This document shows positions 13,370 through 27,063 of a stretch of 64,000 nucleotides of DNA, one piece after another; position 1 is the stretch's first letter, and the number at the start of each line of letters is the position of its first letter. Position numbers and translations under genes: made by a program. The stretch spans positions 170,371-234,370 of the forward strand of contig JALDTO010000235.1 of NCBI GenBank assembly GCA_023515725.1. The letters are read 5' to 3'. The stretch is from Amoeboaphelidium protococcarum X5 (taxonomy: Eukaryota; Fungi; Aphelidiomycota). Below the pieces are notes generated by a model. The model worked only from the letters and a program-made list of their open reading frames with translations. It was not told the DNA's origin and did not search any database.

Positions 13370-14680
13370 TCACTCTTCAATGTCTGGGCGGGCTCTGTTT
13401 AGAGACAGAAACTTGCTGATTGCTTCAATCCACTGGTTCATCTCATGTTCGCTATTGGCCTTGATCAAATACTTGACTTCTTTCTCAGCGTTCTTTGACT
13501 GAAATAGACCGCCTTTAGGCTCAGGTACAATGATATCGATGCAGTTGACATTGATCAGCGACTGCATGATGTTGATGCGAGGTGTGCGCAAGTAAATCGA
13601 GTACTTGATATTCGACGGGTCGGATTTGATCTCATCCAAATACTTATTATCCAGCGTGGAGGAGCTCTTCACCTTGAAGCAGTGCAGAAATCCATTTTCA
13701 GTAAGCACAAAATATGATGGACGGAAATGGCTAGTCTTTACAGAGCCAGGACGCTCGAGTACTCCATCCAGAAGAACCTTGTTCTGCTCCTGTTCCTTCA
13801 ACTGCTGCGGCCATGGAAATGACTCTATGGTCAAATCTGGCTTAAAACACGCCGCGTCAATAAGCTACTGCTTACGACAATACTCGTCAAAGACATGACC
13901 ATCTTCAGCTCCTTGGAGAACATTTTCCACATTGGCCAAGTGCTTCTTCATCTCTCCCAGATGCACACTTTGAACAGATAAGAACGCGTGCATCAACTTT
14001 TTGAACTCTGCCAGCAGACTGACATCTAGCATGCGGGCCTCGGAGTGCAGTGCGTGCAACTTTAATCTGCTCTCATTCTCAAATTGAACAATCTAACGGA
14101 CCTCATGCTTCACCGTAGCTTCAGTAAGCCATGGATCAACAACTGCCTTGTCGGAGGTCTTATTGACTTTAACTTGCTGGCACTGCTGGATGTGCGATTG
14201 CATAGTCTTCAATGCCTTCTTGCGCTCCTTGGTCATGGATTCTAATAATTTAGTGATTTTAAGTCTCAACTCTTTGGTATCATTTAAATGCTTAGCTTAT
14301 AGCTGCTTGCACTGATCTACTAGCTGCACCTGGATATTGCGCGCCGTCTGATCATTCTGATTTGCCACAGCATCAACAAATACCTGCAATGGGCTTGACA
14401 ATTCAACAGCATCTAGAGGCGTGTTCTTTAGATTGGCAAACAACTTCGCACCCAATTTCTTGGTCTCCTTGTTCATGGTGGAATAGGACTACTCAAATGA
14501 CTAAAAGTAGCTGATCAATTGATCAAACAGCGGCTTCCATGCAATTAATCTCACCAGAAGCTCTTTGCACTTCTCTCTCTACTCTCCTTCGTAAGGCCAT
14601 AATTTCGCGTGTAGATTACCGTTGAACGCGTTCACAGACTCCAAGCTCTCGTGTGCAGACTCTGCTTTATTCTACTCCAT
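13370..14680 (-). CDS. Slm1-like BAR-PH domain protein, 436 aa
   Basis: LLVRLIAWKPLFDQLISYF helical N-terminus, DPWL motif, and a C-terminal PH domain (YFVLTENGFLHCFK..IKANSEHEMNQWIEAI). Confidence 0.75.
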
Positions 14681-16021
14681 GCCAGATTATATATATTTTA
14701 TTTTCGTATGGTACCACTGCTATATTTCTTGTAAGCGGATAACGTGAAAGCTGAAATTGAATCTGATATTTGCCGTTGCCGTAATGTGTTAAGGGGTTCA
14801 GTTGCAATCATCCTGCGCACATATTGAATCAATGAACGTCTACTGCAAGGCCGTTGAGACTGATATGAAAGCAATTTAAGCCGTAGAGAAGGTATAAAAT
14901 ATATATGTTTAATGCTAAAGAAATGTCTAGCTCCATTATATTTTATAGATCTGAACTAATCTGAGCTAGATCTTGTGTCAATAGACCGTAAGTCGTGGCT
15001 TATAGCTCTTATTATGGCTGTCACTTTGCACGTCATAACTCATTCTTTAAATATATATTATTAGAATCACTCTTCATTCTGATAAAATCAAAATAAAGAT
15101 TATCGTTAAAAGTCTGTGTAAGAGTCAACAACGTGAAATATACTCAATGAGGCCGAGTCCAAGAAAGTCAAATGATTTGTGCCGAGACTCTATTGGCCTA
15201 GAATCCAAGACGACGAAAAAAGGTCGCTTAGTAACCAGGATCATTGACACCTTAAACATCAACACCTAGGTAGCTGTCTCCATTTACAATGTGCTAACTC
15301 ATTAACGTTTTAGTGTTACCAATTAAGAAGAACAACAAGAATTCCACCAAATGACTTATGACGCATCAACCAATATTGAGGCGCTGACGCATGATCATCA
15401 TACTCACCATCTTGTAAGCCATGTGATTTACAAAACCGCAGATTAAATGACTCCGACCAGGGTGACTATAATCACCAAATTACCGATAATGACAGACAAT
15501 AGGTGGAACTAGTATAGAAATAACAGGACCCAAAACTGATACTAAACAAAATTTTAAACTAGCTATACATTACCCACACGCCATCTGGTGATCTCATGAA
15601 GAGCCGACAGTCAAACAATGAGAGCCTAGATCTTGAGATCGTTTGATGAGAAATCGGCCCGCGCAGATTTATGAATGGCCCCTTTCGGCCTCAGCGAAAC
15701 AACTCATTACTCACACTCAGTTCAAAGCCCCGATCATTATTTTACTGATCACATTCACTCACTCATCTCCGACGCATAAATAATAATTCCATTCTCATCT
15801 CGCCGCAATATTCCGCCGGCATTACGTCAACGTTATCTATCATCTGCTGCAATTGATCTCTTGTACTCGCATCTTTTGCTATAATCATTTACATATATTT
15901 GCGTATATCATCAAGCTATCTATCTACCTATCTCTGGTTAGATTGTTGTTTTTGTATTCACGTCTGAAATAGTTAGTTGCCACAGTGGAAATCGATATCT
16001 TAATATCTAAGCACCATATAA

Positions 16022-17284
16022 ATGATGCATCTGGTTAGTTCGCGGCACTGCTAGTAGTAATAGCCGCCAAGTTGTGTTACTGTAACCCGCCCTTCTGTTG
16101 GTGATGGCAAGCAGCGATAGGTTGTTCTTGATGGTGGCTCTTACGGTCAGTTTGGCAATGGGAGATCGCTTGCGTCAAAGAAGTCTCTCATCACTGCACC
16201 ACCTTCTCCTATAGCTACACCGCCTGCTTAGTAATAACAACAGCAGCAGCAGTTGTAGTATCATGTCAAGGTGCATGGAATGCCATTTAGTTAGCTGATT
16301 GATATGCCTCTATCGCTCATCATGAAGTACACATGTATGTCCATCATCGGCTCGGGAGGATCTGGAAAAGTTTACAAGGCTATTCGTAATACTGATGGAA
16401 TGAAAGTGGCCATCAAGTGTATTCCGCGCAATAAAGTGCCTGATCATCGGATGGTCATAGATCCTACCCTTGTAGCTGGCCAGCAGAGCATTGTGCCTAT
16501 TGAGGTGTATATTCTGCGTCGTCTAAACCATCCGAATGTTATCCAGTTGGTTGATTACATCTGCGACTCTAACGCGCATTACATCGTGATGGAGCATTTT
16601 GGTCATTAATGGTCTTCTTCTCATGGCGGCACTTAATCTAATGGAGCGTAATTTTAGACAAAGTAGTAGTAGCAGTAGCAGTAGCAATAAAGTAACAATA
16701 AAGTGGATGATATCAGGCCTGGTGACCTGTTTGAGTGCATTGAGTAACGTGGTCCTCTCACTGAACAAGTGGCGGCTTATGTTATGCGATAGGTACATGA
16801 TGCCTGCGTTTATTTGAAGAGTATGAATGTGTATCATATGGATCTCAAAGACGAGAATATTTCTATTGATTAGAATTACCATGTAAAGATTATAGATTTT
16901 GGAAGCGCGCTTATCTTGCCGGCAGTGACGGAGCAGAAGTTGACGAGATTTTATGGCACCCTGAAATATGCACCACCTGAAGTTCTACTTGGTCAGGCCT
17001 ACTCGCCAGATAAAGCTGAGGCTTGGTGTCTTGGGGTGATTTTGTACACCTGCCTCAATGGTCATCCGCCATTCAAGACGCCAGTCGATACTTTGAATAG
17101 GGAATACCATTCACCGCGGAAAGATCTGTCTCTTCCTATTCTCAGATTGTTGAGTGGATTGCTGAATAAAGATCCTGCTCTGCGGTGGACAATCTAGATG
17201 GCTGGCTCTATTCTGAGTGCCACTTCGTCTGCTGGTATCGTTAGTGGTGCCTCATATATATCGTCAATAAAGTGTGGTTTGTGA
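16022..17284 (+). CDS. Ser/Thr protein kinase (PAS-kinase/Pim-like CAMK group), 420 aa
   Basis: IGSGGSGKV, VAIKCI, VPIEVYIL, GDLFECIE, YHMDLKDENI, IIDFG, FYGTLKYAPPE. Confidence 0.9.
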
Positions 17285-17449
17285 ATGTATACTTGCTCTA
17301 ATGTCTACTGTAGAAATAATAAACTGATTGTAACTAAGCTTACATTACATTTCATTATTATTTATTTTCAATAATATTCATATTTTATTCAGCAATATCT
17401 CCTCAGCAATATCTCTTCTCAGATTAGATAGCTAATAGGACAACTATAA

Positions 17450-20323
17450 TCAAACATTAGGCATTTAACTGACAGCATTCTTTGCAGATTCAATAACCTT
17501 TTCAGTCTTATCTTGGTCACCCAAAGTTTGGGTCAACCATTTTTCAGACTTTTTCACGACCAGTTCCCATTCATCTTTGAATGAAGTCAGCTTGATGGTG
17601 AAGAATGCAATAACAAATGCGGTGACAGTGACAGACTTTTGGACATCCTCGTCAACACTTGATTATGCAGTCAATTTCTAGACTTCTTGGAATAATGCTG
17701 AAGACATGAAATCAAATCCGCCAACAATATTCTAAACATTACCCGCAACCGCGCCTGGATAGCTGCCATTAAATACTTGCAACCTAACAATCTGAGTGAG
17801 AACAGAGCGAGGATCAGCCTCCTCTTTAACCTGAACTTTACCCGAGCCAAAACGCATAGAGGATTCAGCCATTGGCACATCTTGCTCATACATTCTATCA
17901 TCAAAAGCGTCAGATGGACAATAACTCTCACATTCTGCCTCTTCCTAGTCTTGAACTGCAACCTACTTCTTACGCGAACTCTTCTTCATTGGCGCAGAAA
18001 ATTTAGCATTACGGGCTGATTCAAATTATACTGGCTATGGAGCACCAGCTGGCATGGATTTTGCAGATGGTGGCGGAGCAGCTACAGGCATCGCCATAGA
18101 CATTAACATTGGGGCAGCCCCTCCGAATGAAGTTGGCGGCGGCGGGGATGGTTGAGCAGGAGCAGCAGCAAATGCCATCATCACCGGTCCGGAAGCAGCA
18201 CTACGAGATGAAAAAAATCTATTCTGTCCGCCATTCAGATCATTACGAGTAGGCACGACTATCTTTTGCAATGCACCATGAGATAAAACAGTCTGACTAT
18301 GATCGACAGCAACAAACGAGGTATATCTTGACATGAGTTGAAACGACACGCCAAGATGGACAATTTCCTGCTTCAGCTGGTTCAGAGTAGGAGGCTTTGC
18401 AACTGGCTCATTAAAGAACACAACACCTGACTTATTGTGCTTATAATGAGCAAATGACTTTTCATTCTCCAGATCTTAAATCAACTTCCTAGCAGCCAAT
18501 GCATGAATAACAGCAGGCTGATTTTCCTTTAGCTTGACCACTTTAGACTGATCAACTGGCAGCTCGAGCTCGATAGGTCCTTCAATGCTCGTGCCTGACA
18601 GCTTTATGCTCTTGGATAATGACTGCGGGCTCTTGACAAAACAAAAGATTAAGAATCTCTTGCCAGGCAACAGCTAAGGAATCGCCGCAGGAGCTTGTTG
18701 GATCACAGCAGCTTCCAATTCCTGATCACTACTTGGGCGGGAATGGGTATCCGGATTGATTGCCTTACTGAAAAATGACATAACACCACCCTTCTTCTGC
18801 TCTTAGCCGCCACCAGTCTTTTTCTCGCCTTCTCCAGAGTTACCGACAACCACTTGCAAATCCTCCTTCTTAATCCACTCCACCTTCAAATCTTTCAACA
18901 GAGGGACCATGCTCATCTTCAGCTGCTTCAAAATCTTCTTTTCCAAACGTTCATTTTCCATGGCGTATTCTGCATTACCATGTCCACCAAGTGCAATGCC
19001 ATCAACAAGTTCATGAGATACAGAGTTGCCAATGCCCAAACTATAAACGCAAGTATCCTTACTCTTACACTAATTTGTAACTAGCTGCTTGATTTCATCA
19101 GTATTACCAACCTCTCCATCAGTAAGCACGAAAATACGTCTGTTGAAACCAGAAATCTTCGGACACGTCTACAGAGCAAACTCTAAAGGCTATCTAAGCT
19201 CAGTGCCACCAAGATCAGCTCTGACAGTTCGTACATGACCCATGGCCTCATTCAAACTAGTCTCTGAGTAATGTCTAGACTCTGAGAACAGAGACTGATA
19301 ACTAGAGCCAAAGCCAATGATGTTGAAGTAACTATTCTCAGGCAGAGACTTCAAAAAGAGCTCCAGTGCTTACTTCACCATCTCAATCTTAAAGCCCTCC
19401 ATAGAACCGGATCTATCAGCCACAAAGATAAACTCACAAGGCAACTCATCCAACTTAAATCTAGGAACCATGGTAATTAGCATTGCATGCGTGCCAGTCT
19501 TCTCATTATACTCCACCAAAACTCTAGGATCAGAAAAATTCTCAGTCTTTACAACTAGCACAAAGTCCTTGTCGAGGAAGGTGTCTTTCCAAGCCAAGCT
19601 AACCTTAGAACTGCGCGGATTACTGCTATCCTTGGTGATATTAACAGGATGGGATGGAGATTCTACCGATAGAATAGTATCGTTCATTAGAATGTTAACA
19701 TCAACAGAAAGCTTGTAGTTAGCAGCAGCATCATTGATGTTAGAGCTATTATCCCCAGAGCCAGACTAAAGACCAGTGGCATCCGTGAAAGCATTACCAG
19801 AATCTTACCCAGCAGGAATATATCTCGGACTGATGGTGGTTGGCAGAACAAAACGCAGCTTATCACACTCATCATCACCCAGAACGTCAGACACATAGCC
19901 GATGGTGAGTTCAATAGTCTCATTCACGTCCAAGTTACCCAAAGTAATTGTGAAAATATCCGCTTTGGCCTCTTCAAGCAATGCAGCACGGTGACCCTGA
20001 CTCACGGCCTACTTGTACTCTTTGGCAGCTTCATCTTTCTCCTTCACCACACCGACAATGGTGCGCGGTTCAGATCCATCAGCAGGAAAGATCTTGGCCT
20101 GAAACTTGTTAACGGCAGAATTGAATGCTAGAGGAAATTTATATACAACTTCAGCGCGAGTACTGGTACTATTGTGATACTTTTAGGTAATCTAGACATG
20201 ACTGACTGTATCTAGAATATCGACTGCGGCATGGACATGCTTCAGTGGCACACTAACATTGCCACTTTCTTCCACCCCAACAGGACACAGAAACAATCCA
20301 TAAACAGGCAGTAATTCAGGCAT
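17450..20323 (-). CDS. VIT + vWA domain protein (VWA5A-like), 957 aa
   Basis: VIT (VVYKFPL, IVGVVKEKDEAAKEY, IFTITLGNL), MIDAS DRSGSM, LTDGEV, GIGNSVS, SRYTSFVAVD. Confidence 0.92.
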
Positions 20324-20747
20324 AATGATCTAATTCTAAACGATTTCCGTTCTGTAACTTAAACTAAATAAAAGGCTGAATATATACCAAATAACAACTG
20401 CACTTCAGTATGCACAGAGTGAGTGAGTAATTGTTGTAAAACAAACAGAAGAAAAGAAACAACAATGTGAAGTCGAGAAGAAATCCCGAAACAAACTGCC
20501 AAGACAGAATATTCCCAAGGGTCAATTTACACACTAGTGGCAAGTGACGCGACTGAAGGTAGAGATGGTGTGAGAAAATGTCAAGTGGCGAAACACTTCA
20601 CACGTCACCAGAGTTTCATTTACAAAGCCTGTTTGCATCACTACCCAGTAAAGCATTAAAGTGTGATCAAAGTCTAGGCAATTCAAAGATGCGAATTCTT
20701 TAATCATAGCGACTTAAAGCCTATTTTATAATTTCAAATAAGTCACA

Positions 20748-22684
20748 TCAATATTATATAAATTAGTAAGAGGAATTATTTTGAACTTCCAGCTTCTCAA
20801 CAAACGTTCTTATGGCGGATTTGAACTTTGACTAGTTTCTACTCTGCGGCGATACTACAGCCGCCTGCTATTCCTGATAACTTGTAGGCCCGATCTATTA
20901 CGCATTACCATCTGCCGTCTTGCTCTGCTGCAGATTGGCGTAATTGTACCATGCAATAAAAGTCTCCTGACTAAATTACGACTCACTGATCAATATGGAC
21001 GCGATAGAGGTTGAGTAAGTTTAAGTGAACGCCAACGTCCAATAATTATCTATAAACTCATTCAAAGCACTCATAAATGCAAAAGATTAAAGCACGGATG
21101 GCGAGACGAGCGCTTTAACTATGGGAACTGCCTAACGGAATAGAGCAGCTGGATCAGAAGAACGACCAATAGAAATCTGACCATCAACGCTCTAGCGTAG
21201 GATACAACCAATCAGGACACTATGAAACTCATCGCGAGGTATCCCTTAAACAAAGGGCTTCAATGCAGAAATGATCTAGTTTTCACCGGATTGTATGGAT
21301 TGCAACAGCTAATCTACTACAGCTTACAGCTATCCCACAGATTTCCCAATTTTTGAAGATGGCATAAATCCAGATGTCATACTCAGAGGACTCTTAATCA
21401 CGGATGGGGCAGCTACAGATGTAGAGAACCCCGAGGATGACCAGATGCTTGCACGCACATTATTAGCCGAGGAAGTTGGCGCATTGCCACAAGAAAAACT
21501 ATCACTCTTACTGCTATCGAAGAGCGCGTTGGTGGACAGGCCATCCGTGAACTTTCCAAACTCTTCCGACTGCATAGGTGCATCACATGAGCTGATGGAA
21601 CGTTCTACGGCGACAAAACCAGGTGCGGTGGGAGATGGTAGGCGCAGCTCTTGTTCACCATGAGCAAAAGTACATTTACTACCATACGGACAGAATCCTG
21701 TCACAAGCCACTTGTCGCACATTCTGGTCTTAAACTTGTTATTGGAAGGTTTCTACATCTCTGTAAATCTGAGATTAGATGTGAGCGGAGGCTATGGCGA
21801 TGACACAGATCTACTTCTAATCAAAGTATTAATGTCCGACGTGGCAGAGTCCAAATTCAACGACGTTGGAAACTGCTTCGTGATATCAAAATCATCACTC
21901 ACTGCAGAAGCTAAAGAAACACGTCTCAGCTCGGCCTAGCCATGAGCGAAATGGCAACGAGATCCATATGGACAATCACCCTCCAATTCAAATGTACGGC
22001 AGATCTTTGTCTTGTACAACTTATTGTCCACCAACTTGGCCGGATTGATGTTGGTATTAATCATCGCCGGAAGATTCTGTCGATAGGCATGATTCACATC
22101 GTTGAAATGACGAATCTAAACGCTGGGCTCAAAGGGCGAAAACTACACCGGACTCTACTAAGACATAGTGCTATATGCCTACATCTTAGTAGCATTACAC
22201 TTGGCCAAAATATGATCATGCGCTTATGATAGCAACTACTACTCCGTCTCGTGCTTCAACAATCCACAGCATTCTTCAAGTGAGAGCCACGTTCCACCGA
22301 TCATCGGAGGTCCCTTGAACTAGCCAACCAAGTACAAAGTGCTCACCGGTTTCCCATTTTCATCATTAATCAGCTTAGCATGAAATCCATTATCCAAAGC
22401 AACTTGGGCTTCGACGATTCCACACGAAATTCTTAATCTATGCATAAGCTCACTACCATACACATTAGGCGATCACAATTATGGATGAAACAGTCAAATA
22501 AATCTTACGGCAAATGAGACTGAGGATTGTATGGATCAACTCTAGTAAAGCAGAACCACCAGTCAGAGTTTTCCTGCACAAACAGGTATCTAACAGTCGG
22601 ATGGCCTTGACTATTAATACCATCGTGAGAGTTGATCAAATTGTACAAGATGATTCCCACGTAACCAATGTCGCTGTGCTCCAT
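20748..22684 (-). CDS. Tandem CCCH (TTP/Tis11-type) zinc-finger protein with Nudix-like N-terminus and W2-like C-terminus, 626 aa; intron 22453-22508
   Basis: [27 protein letters not shown] and [27 protein letters not shown] 56-nt GTAAGA..CTAAT..TAG intron restores the frame. Flanking domain calls are by resemblance only. Confidence 0.8.
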
Positions 22685-23255
22685 GTTCTTTCTTGGATAA
22701 TAATACAAAATTTATAGAACTATAAAAGCCAAAAAAGGCTGTAAAGATTTGTAAGAAATAAATACACAGTATATATAGCGCTTTATTTACGATAACGATC
22801 TGGTCAATAGTAACTCTGGTACGAACAATAACAACAAACACAAATTTCAAGATCGGAGAGGGGACAGGAGACGAAACGTTGCCAGGCCGAGCGCGACTTG
22901 TCCATGAAAACATTATCGCCATGCGAAACGTTTCACCAACACTTCATTATCCCTTCAATACCGTTTCAGATGGGAAAATCTTAAAGCCACGCGCTCGGTA
23001 TAATTTTAGTTTAAGTTCAGGTAGTAGCTGTTGAAACACTATCATGGTTTGACAAACTCCAAACTGTAGGTAGAAAGCTACCATCGTCCAGCACTCGTCG
23101 GTTGGCAAGCATCACACTGATGATCAAACAAACGCTTGCACCTCAAGTAAACCGTTCGGCATGAACAATTATCATCTCCTTGGTTTTCTATTTTACTTTT
23201 CAAACATTACTGTAAGATAGTGCGACATCTATATCAATTCGATACAAGTAGCGAA

Positions 23256-24149
23256 ATGACTACGCTTAGGGATGCTGTCAAGCGATTGTAGATCATCTAC
23301 AATGAATGCAATCCGCAATCTAAGGAGAGAAGATAACAGGAGTAGAACATGGATGAATTTACAAAACTGAAGAAATTGCTGCATCAGGATGTGAAACAAG
23401 TCCGAATCATGTTGAAGGAGAGAGAAGAGCTTCTTAATACAAAGCCCGGATCGAAGGATGCAGCAGAGGCATCTCACAGGATCAGAGCAAGGATCAAGCA
23501 GATTAAAGAAGATGCTATGAAGTTCTAAACTGTGTAGAAGCAGGAGGAGAAGAAGATCTTGAAGAAGGGCGAGAACACGAAAGGCAAAGATTAAACTGGT
23601 CAATCACCTTAGGAGATTGTTAAGCAGCGTGAAGAGACTGTGTAACTGGTATTAAAGCATATTGAAGAAATTGAGACGATGGAGAAGAAGCGATACACTG
23701 ATAAAACATCTGCAGATCGCGCTGCATTGTTTGATGGTGCCACATCCGCTAAACTCGATTTTGTGGCTTTTGATAGTAAGCCTGCTGGTAAGGCTGCGTT
23801 TTAAACCAATTTACCAGATATTGATGACGATCCAGAAGTTGGAGCCGGTCTGCAGATGCTACAGGAGAATAATAGAGCCATTGATTAGGATCTTGACACT
23901 ATCCGGTAGAATGTGGGCGTGCTCAAAGAGATTGCCATCAACATGGACCAGGAAATTCAGAAGTAGAACGCCATGCTTGATGTCATTGATACTAAAGTTG
24001 ATAAGGCGCAAGTTCATCTTGATAAGGTGAATATGAAGATGAAATAGGCTCTGGATGGCGTGATGAAGGGGGATAAGTTTTTAGTCAACTGTATTCTATT
24101 GTGTGTGCTACTGAGTTTGGCCGGTTTCATTGCAAGTTACTACCTATGA
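23256..24149 (+). CDS. Qc-SNARE, Syp7-like syntaxin, 297 aa
   Basis: MDEFTKLKK helical N-terminus, SNARE heptads (IDQDLDTIRQNVGVLKEIAINMDQEIQKQNAMLDVIDTKVDK) and a C-terminal TM anchor. Confidence 0.8.
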
Positions 24150-24205
24150 TGATGAAGTTTTAGATTGATTAGATATTGATTTATTTTTACATGTTTATCT
24201 ATTGT

Positions 24206-25189
24206 TCATTCTTGCAAGGAGCATTCCCATAACTATATAGAATGATCGTAGAATGAGCAAGTTACAATCAGTGCCTATTGACTGTCAACTTATCGAATGA
24301 TTTTCTAACCATATGCGATCGACTAATGCCCATTATACGCCATTTATACGCACTAGTCCTCTATGTTGACCACCTTGAAACCTTCATACATGCATGCACA
24401 TAGAATCAAATCCAAATTGTAATCAAAAAAGTCGATACGCCATATTCCGCCTCCAATCTATATTGTCTACCTTACACTTAAATCGCACTTGTTCCAAATC
24501 TTACAAGTCTCATCATAGCTCCCAGTGAGAACTATGAATGAATCTGACGGGTGGAACGTTATGGCTGTGACGCCCGCATCGTGAGATCTACGGTTATGTG
24601 TTATCTGAAGCGACATTTAAGATGTATCAATCCGACAGAACGAGCAATCATCTCCACCAGAGTAAAGGATTTGAGAATCGCGATGATCAATATTACAAAT
24701 CCAAGCTTCAAATTGATGAACCTTCTTTTGATCTTCAACTACAAGGTTAGAATCACATTAATTAAGCAATACGATATCTCCATTTGACATTGAAACTGCA
24801 ATTAAATCTTGGCATACGCTCATCGACAAACATAAAGCATTTTCAGCAATTATCTGGCGCTTAATAAAGGTCAACTCTCCAGTTTCCTGGCATTGATTAA
24901 ATAAAGATATTCCTCCTTTAGCATCGCATACATAGATTTACGAATCATCAACCAGTTCTATACCCAGAATAGCTCCAAAGTATTCATCATTTTCAACAGT
25001 ATGACACAACGAAAGCCTCTTACCGTTTTCCGTCAAACGATATACAAGCAAGCGGCCTTTACGCGTATAAATATCGTGTTGAGTGTCGTTGTCTACTTAA
25101 TATGTCCCACAGATTATAAAATTGCGCGTCGCGACAATACAGTCTGCACTATAAAAAGTATCTTAAGAATCAAGTGCAGAATAATGCAT
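24206..25189 (-). CDS. DPH7: Diphthine methylesterase Dph7/WDR85, 327 aa
   Basis: SADC..CGTYQ, HQFEAWI, LYSGGDD, HDAGVT, TGSYDE, GGGIWR, ACMYEGF, HQSIAYG, TCSFYDH. Confidence 0.93.
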
Positions 25190-26340
25190 CAATTTTAATG
25201 TTATTATTCACGCGTAGAATATTACTTGGATTAACTTGATGAATCTTTCGATTGGTCGGTACTTTATCCAGATGAAAAATTGTCAACATGAAGCCTGATT
25301 TGCGACTCAAGGGGAACATCATTCGTATCAAGCTCTCCACTAGCCTCAACATGTTAATATTACTTTCGCTTCGTATCACTGGGATCTCCAGAGACTTTAA
25401 GATATGCATATGCCGCACTACCGGCAACAACAAAGATAATTCCAGCCATTCTTCCAGCTGTAATGACATCATTAAACACGATGACAGCTAGAATCGTCTG
25501 CAAAACTCCTCGCAGAGCACTTGACACCATGTGCGTGAGTGGAGATGTCAGTTTAATTTACAAGAACCCACTCAGATTAAGAAGAGTGCCAACAATACCA
25601 GTGACAATGGTACCATGTACTAGAATATTAAAACTAGGGATGGAGGCATAACTGTCAATCTCGCTTGTAAATACGAATATAATAGGCGCCAGCGCAATTG
25701 ACGATAAGAAATTATTGTACCAAACCAACTTCAGCGTATCACCCTTGACAGCTTCAACGGCCCCTTTGATTATAATAGCATGAGCTGCAGTGGTAATACT
25801 CGATAATACTCCAAAGAGGACACCAAGAAATTGACTACTAACGAGCGATACTTCACTACGAGCCTATGCCACATCCAGCTAAATAGTACCCAGTAGAAAT
25901 CCCAAGCATATTACACCACAGCAGATCAATACATTTTTAGACGCGGTCTTTTACAAATAAAATTTCTCAAATAGCACAGTGAACGGCAGAATGAGTGATC
26001 GAGCAACTTGATACACGCTAGCGTCAATGTACTTTAGACATAGAGTATTCAATGACAGTCCTACAACATTTATCGCAATCAGAGGATACAACTTTTTAAT
26101 TATTCCTTTATCAAGGATTGACGTTCCCAGATTAATAATTCTAGTAAGGTGCAGAATTAGCATCATCAGAGCAGCGAAGATTAATTGTAGTTCGAGCACT
26201 GTCAGAGGTAGATCGGGGAGGTTGTTGAGCATCAGCTTATTAGCAATCACCATCGAAATTGAGGTGATTATATAAAACAGAATAGCTCCACATACCTTGA
26301 GCTAATCCTTTGAAACTGCATACTATTAATATTAAGGCAT
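25189..26340 (-). CDS. Nucleotide-sugar transporter (GDP-fucose transporter SLC35C1-like), 383 aa
   Basis: SISMVIANK, LCLKYIDASVYQVARSLILPFTV, QIKLTSPLTHMVSSALRGVLQT; multi-TM. Stop TGA at 25191-25189. Confidence 0.85.
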
Positions 26341-26523
26341 TAAACTTTGGATATACATACGGGCTCAAATTGATAATAGTAATACTAGCAGTAGCGATAA
26401 AACGCGCGAGTGAATTCTGGAAAAATCAAGAAGAAAATCGATGAAAAATAATTCGGCAGATCATCCCGCTGTGATTCTCTCTTTCCTGTTATCACGAATA
26501 TCATTGCATCACTATAATACAAA

Positions 26524-26988
26524 ATGGCCAGTTCATCGTGGATTGACGCGGAAAATATTGAGAATAATTAGACTATTGAAATGGGTTGGGCTATCAAAGC
26601 CTCTATCCATGCCGAGACGTACATTAGTCTGCTGAAGAGTAACGGAGATAATTCTGAAATGCGATTGACTCCTCATGATGATATGCTTTACGAGTCGTTC
26701 AAGTCTGATTTCCCTGAGCTGCATAACACTGATGTCCTGTAGAGTATCAGCGAAGATAATCATTTAAAGAGTCCGCAGATGAAAGAGCGCTGGCGAAATT
26801 GGTGTATGAAGTATGAGAAGAATGTTGAAGATTACAATTTTGGCACCTTGTTGCGCGTTAACGCACGTGATCCTAAAACTAATACGCTGGCTGATTATGA
26901 ACAAGACACTTCTGTATTGGTGACGCGCGTTTAGTTTTATGCTATCGAAATTGCTCGCAATAGACTTGGATTGAACAATGTGGCCTGA
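26524..26988 (+). CDS. PBDC1: PBDC1/YPL225W-family protein, 154 aa
   Basis: IEMGWAIKA, LTPHDD..FKSDFPE, KERWRNW, EDYNFGTLLR, RVQFYAIEIARNRLGLN. Confidence 0.92.
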
Positions 26989-27063
26989 TTTAATGAGATT
27001 AATGAATTTTCATTAGTGTTCACGCCATAGTTTTCTAATCAATTAGGACTTACGGAGAGTGCT

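Noticed and set aside
14832-15640. Small gene-like fragments between the Slm1-like gene and the kinase
   Set aside because: Short, interrupted by TGA and without recognisable motifs.
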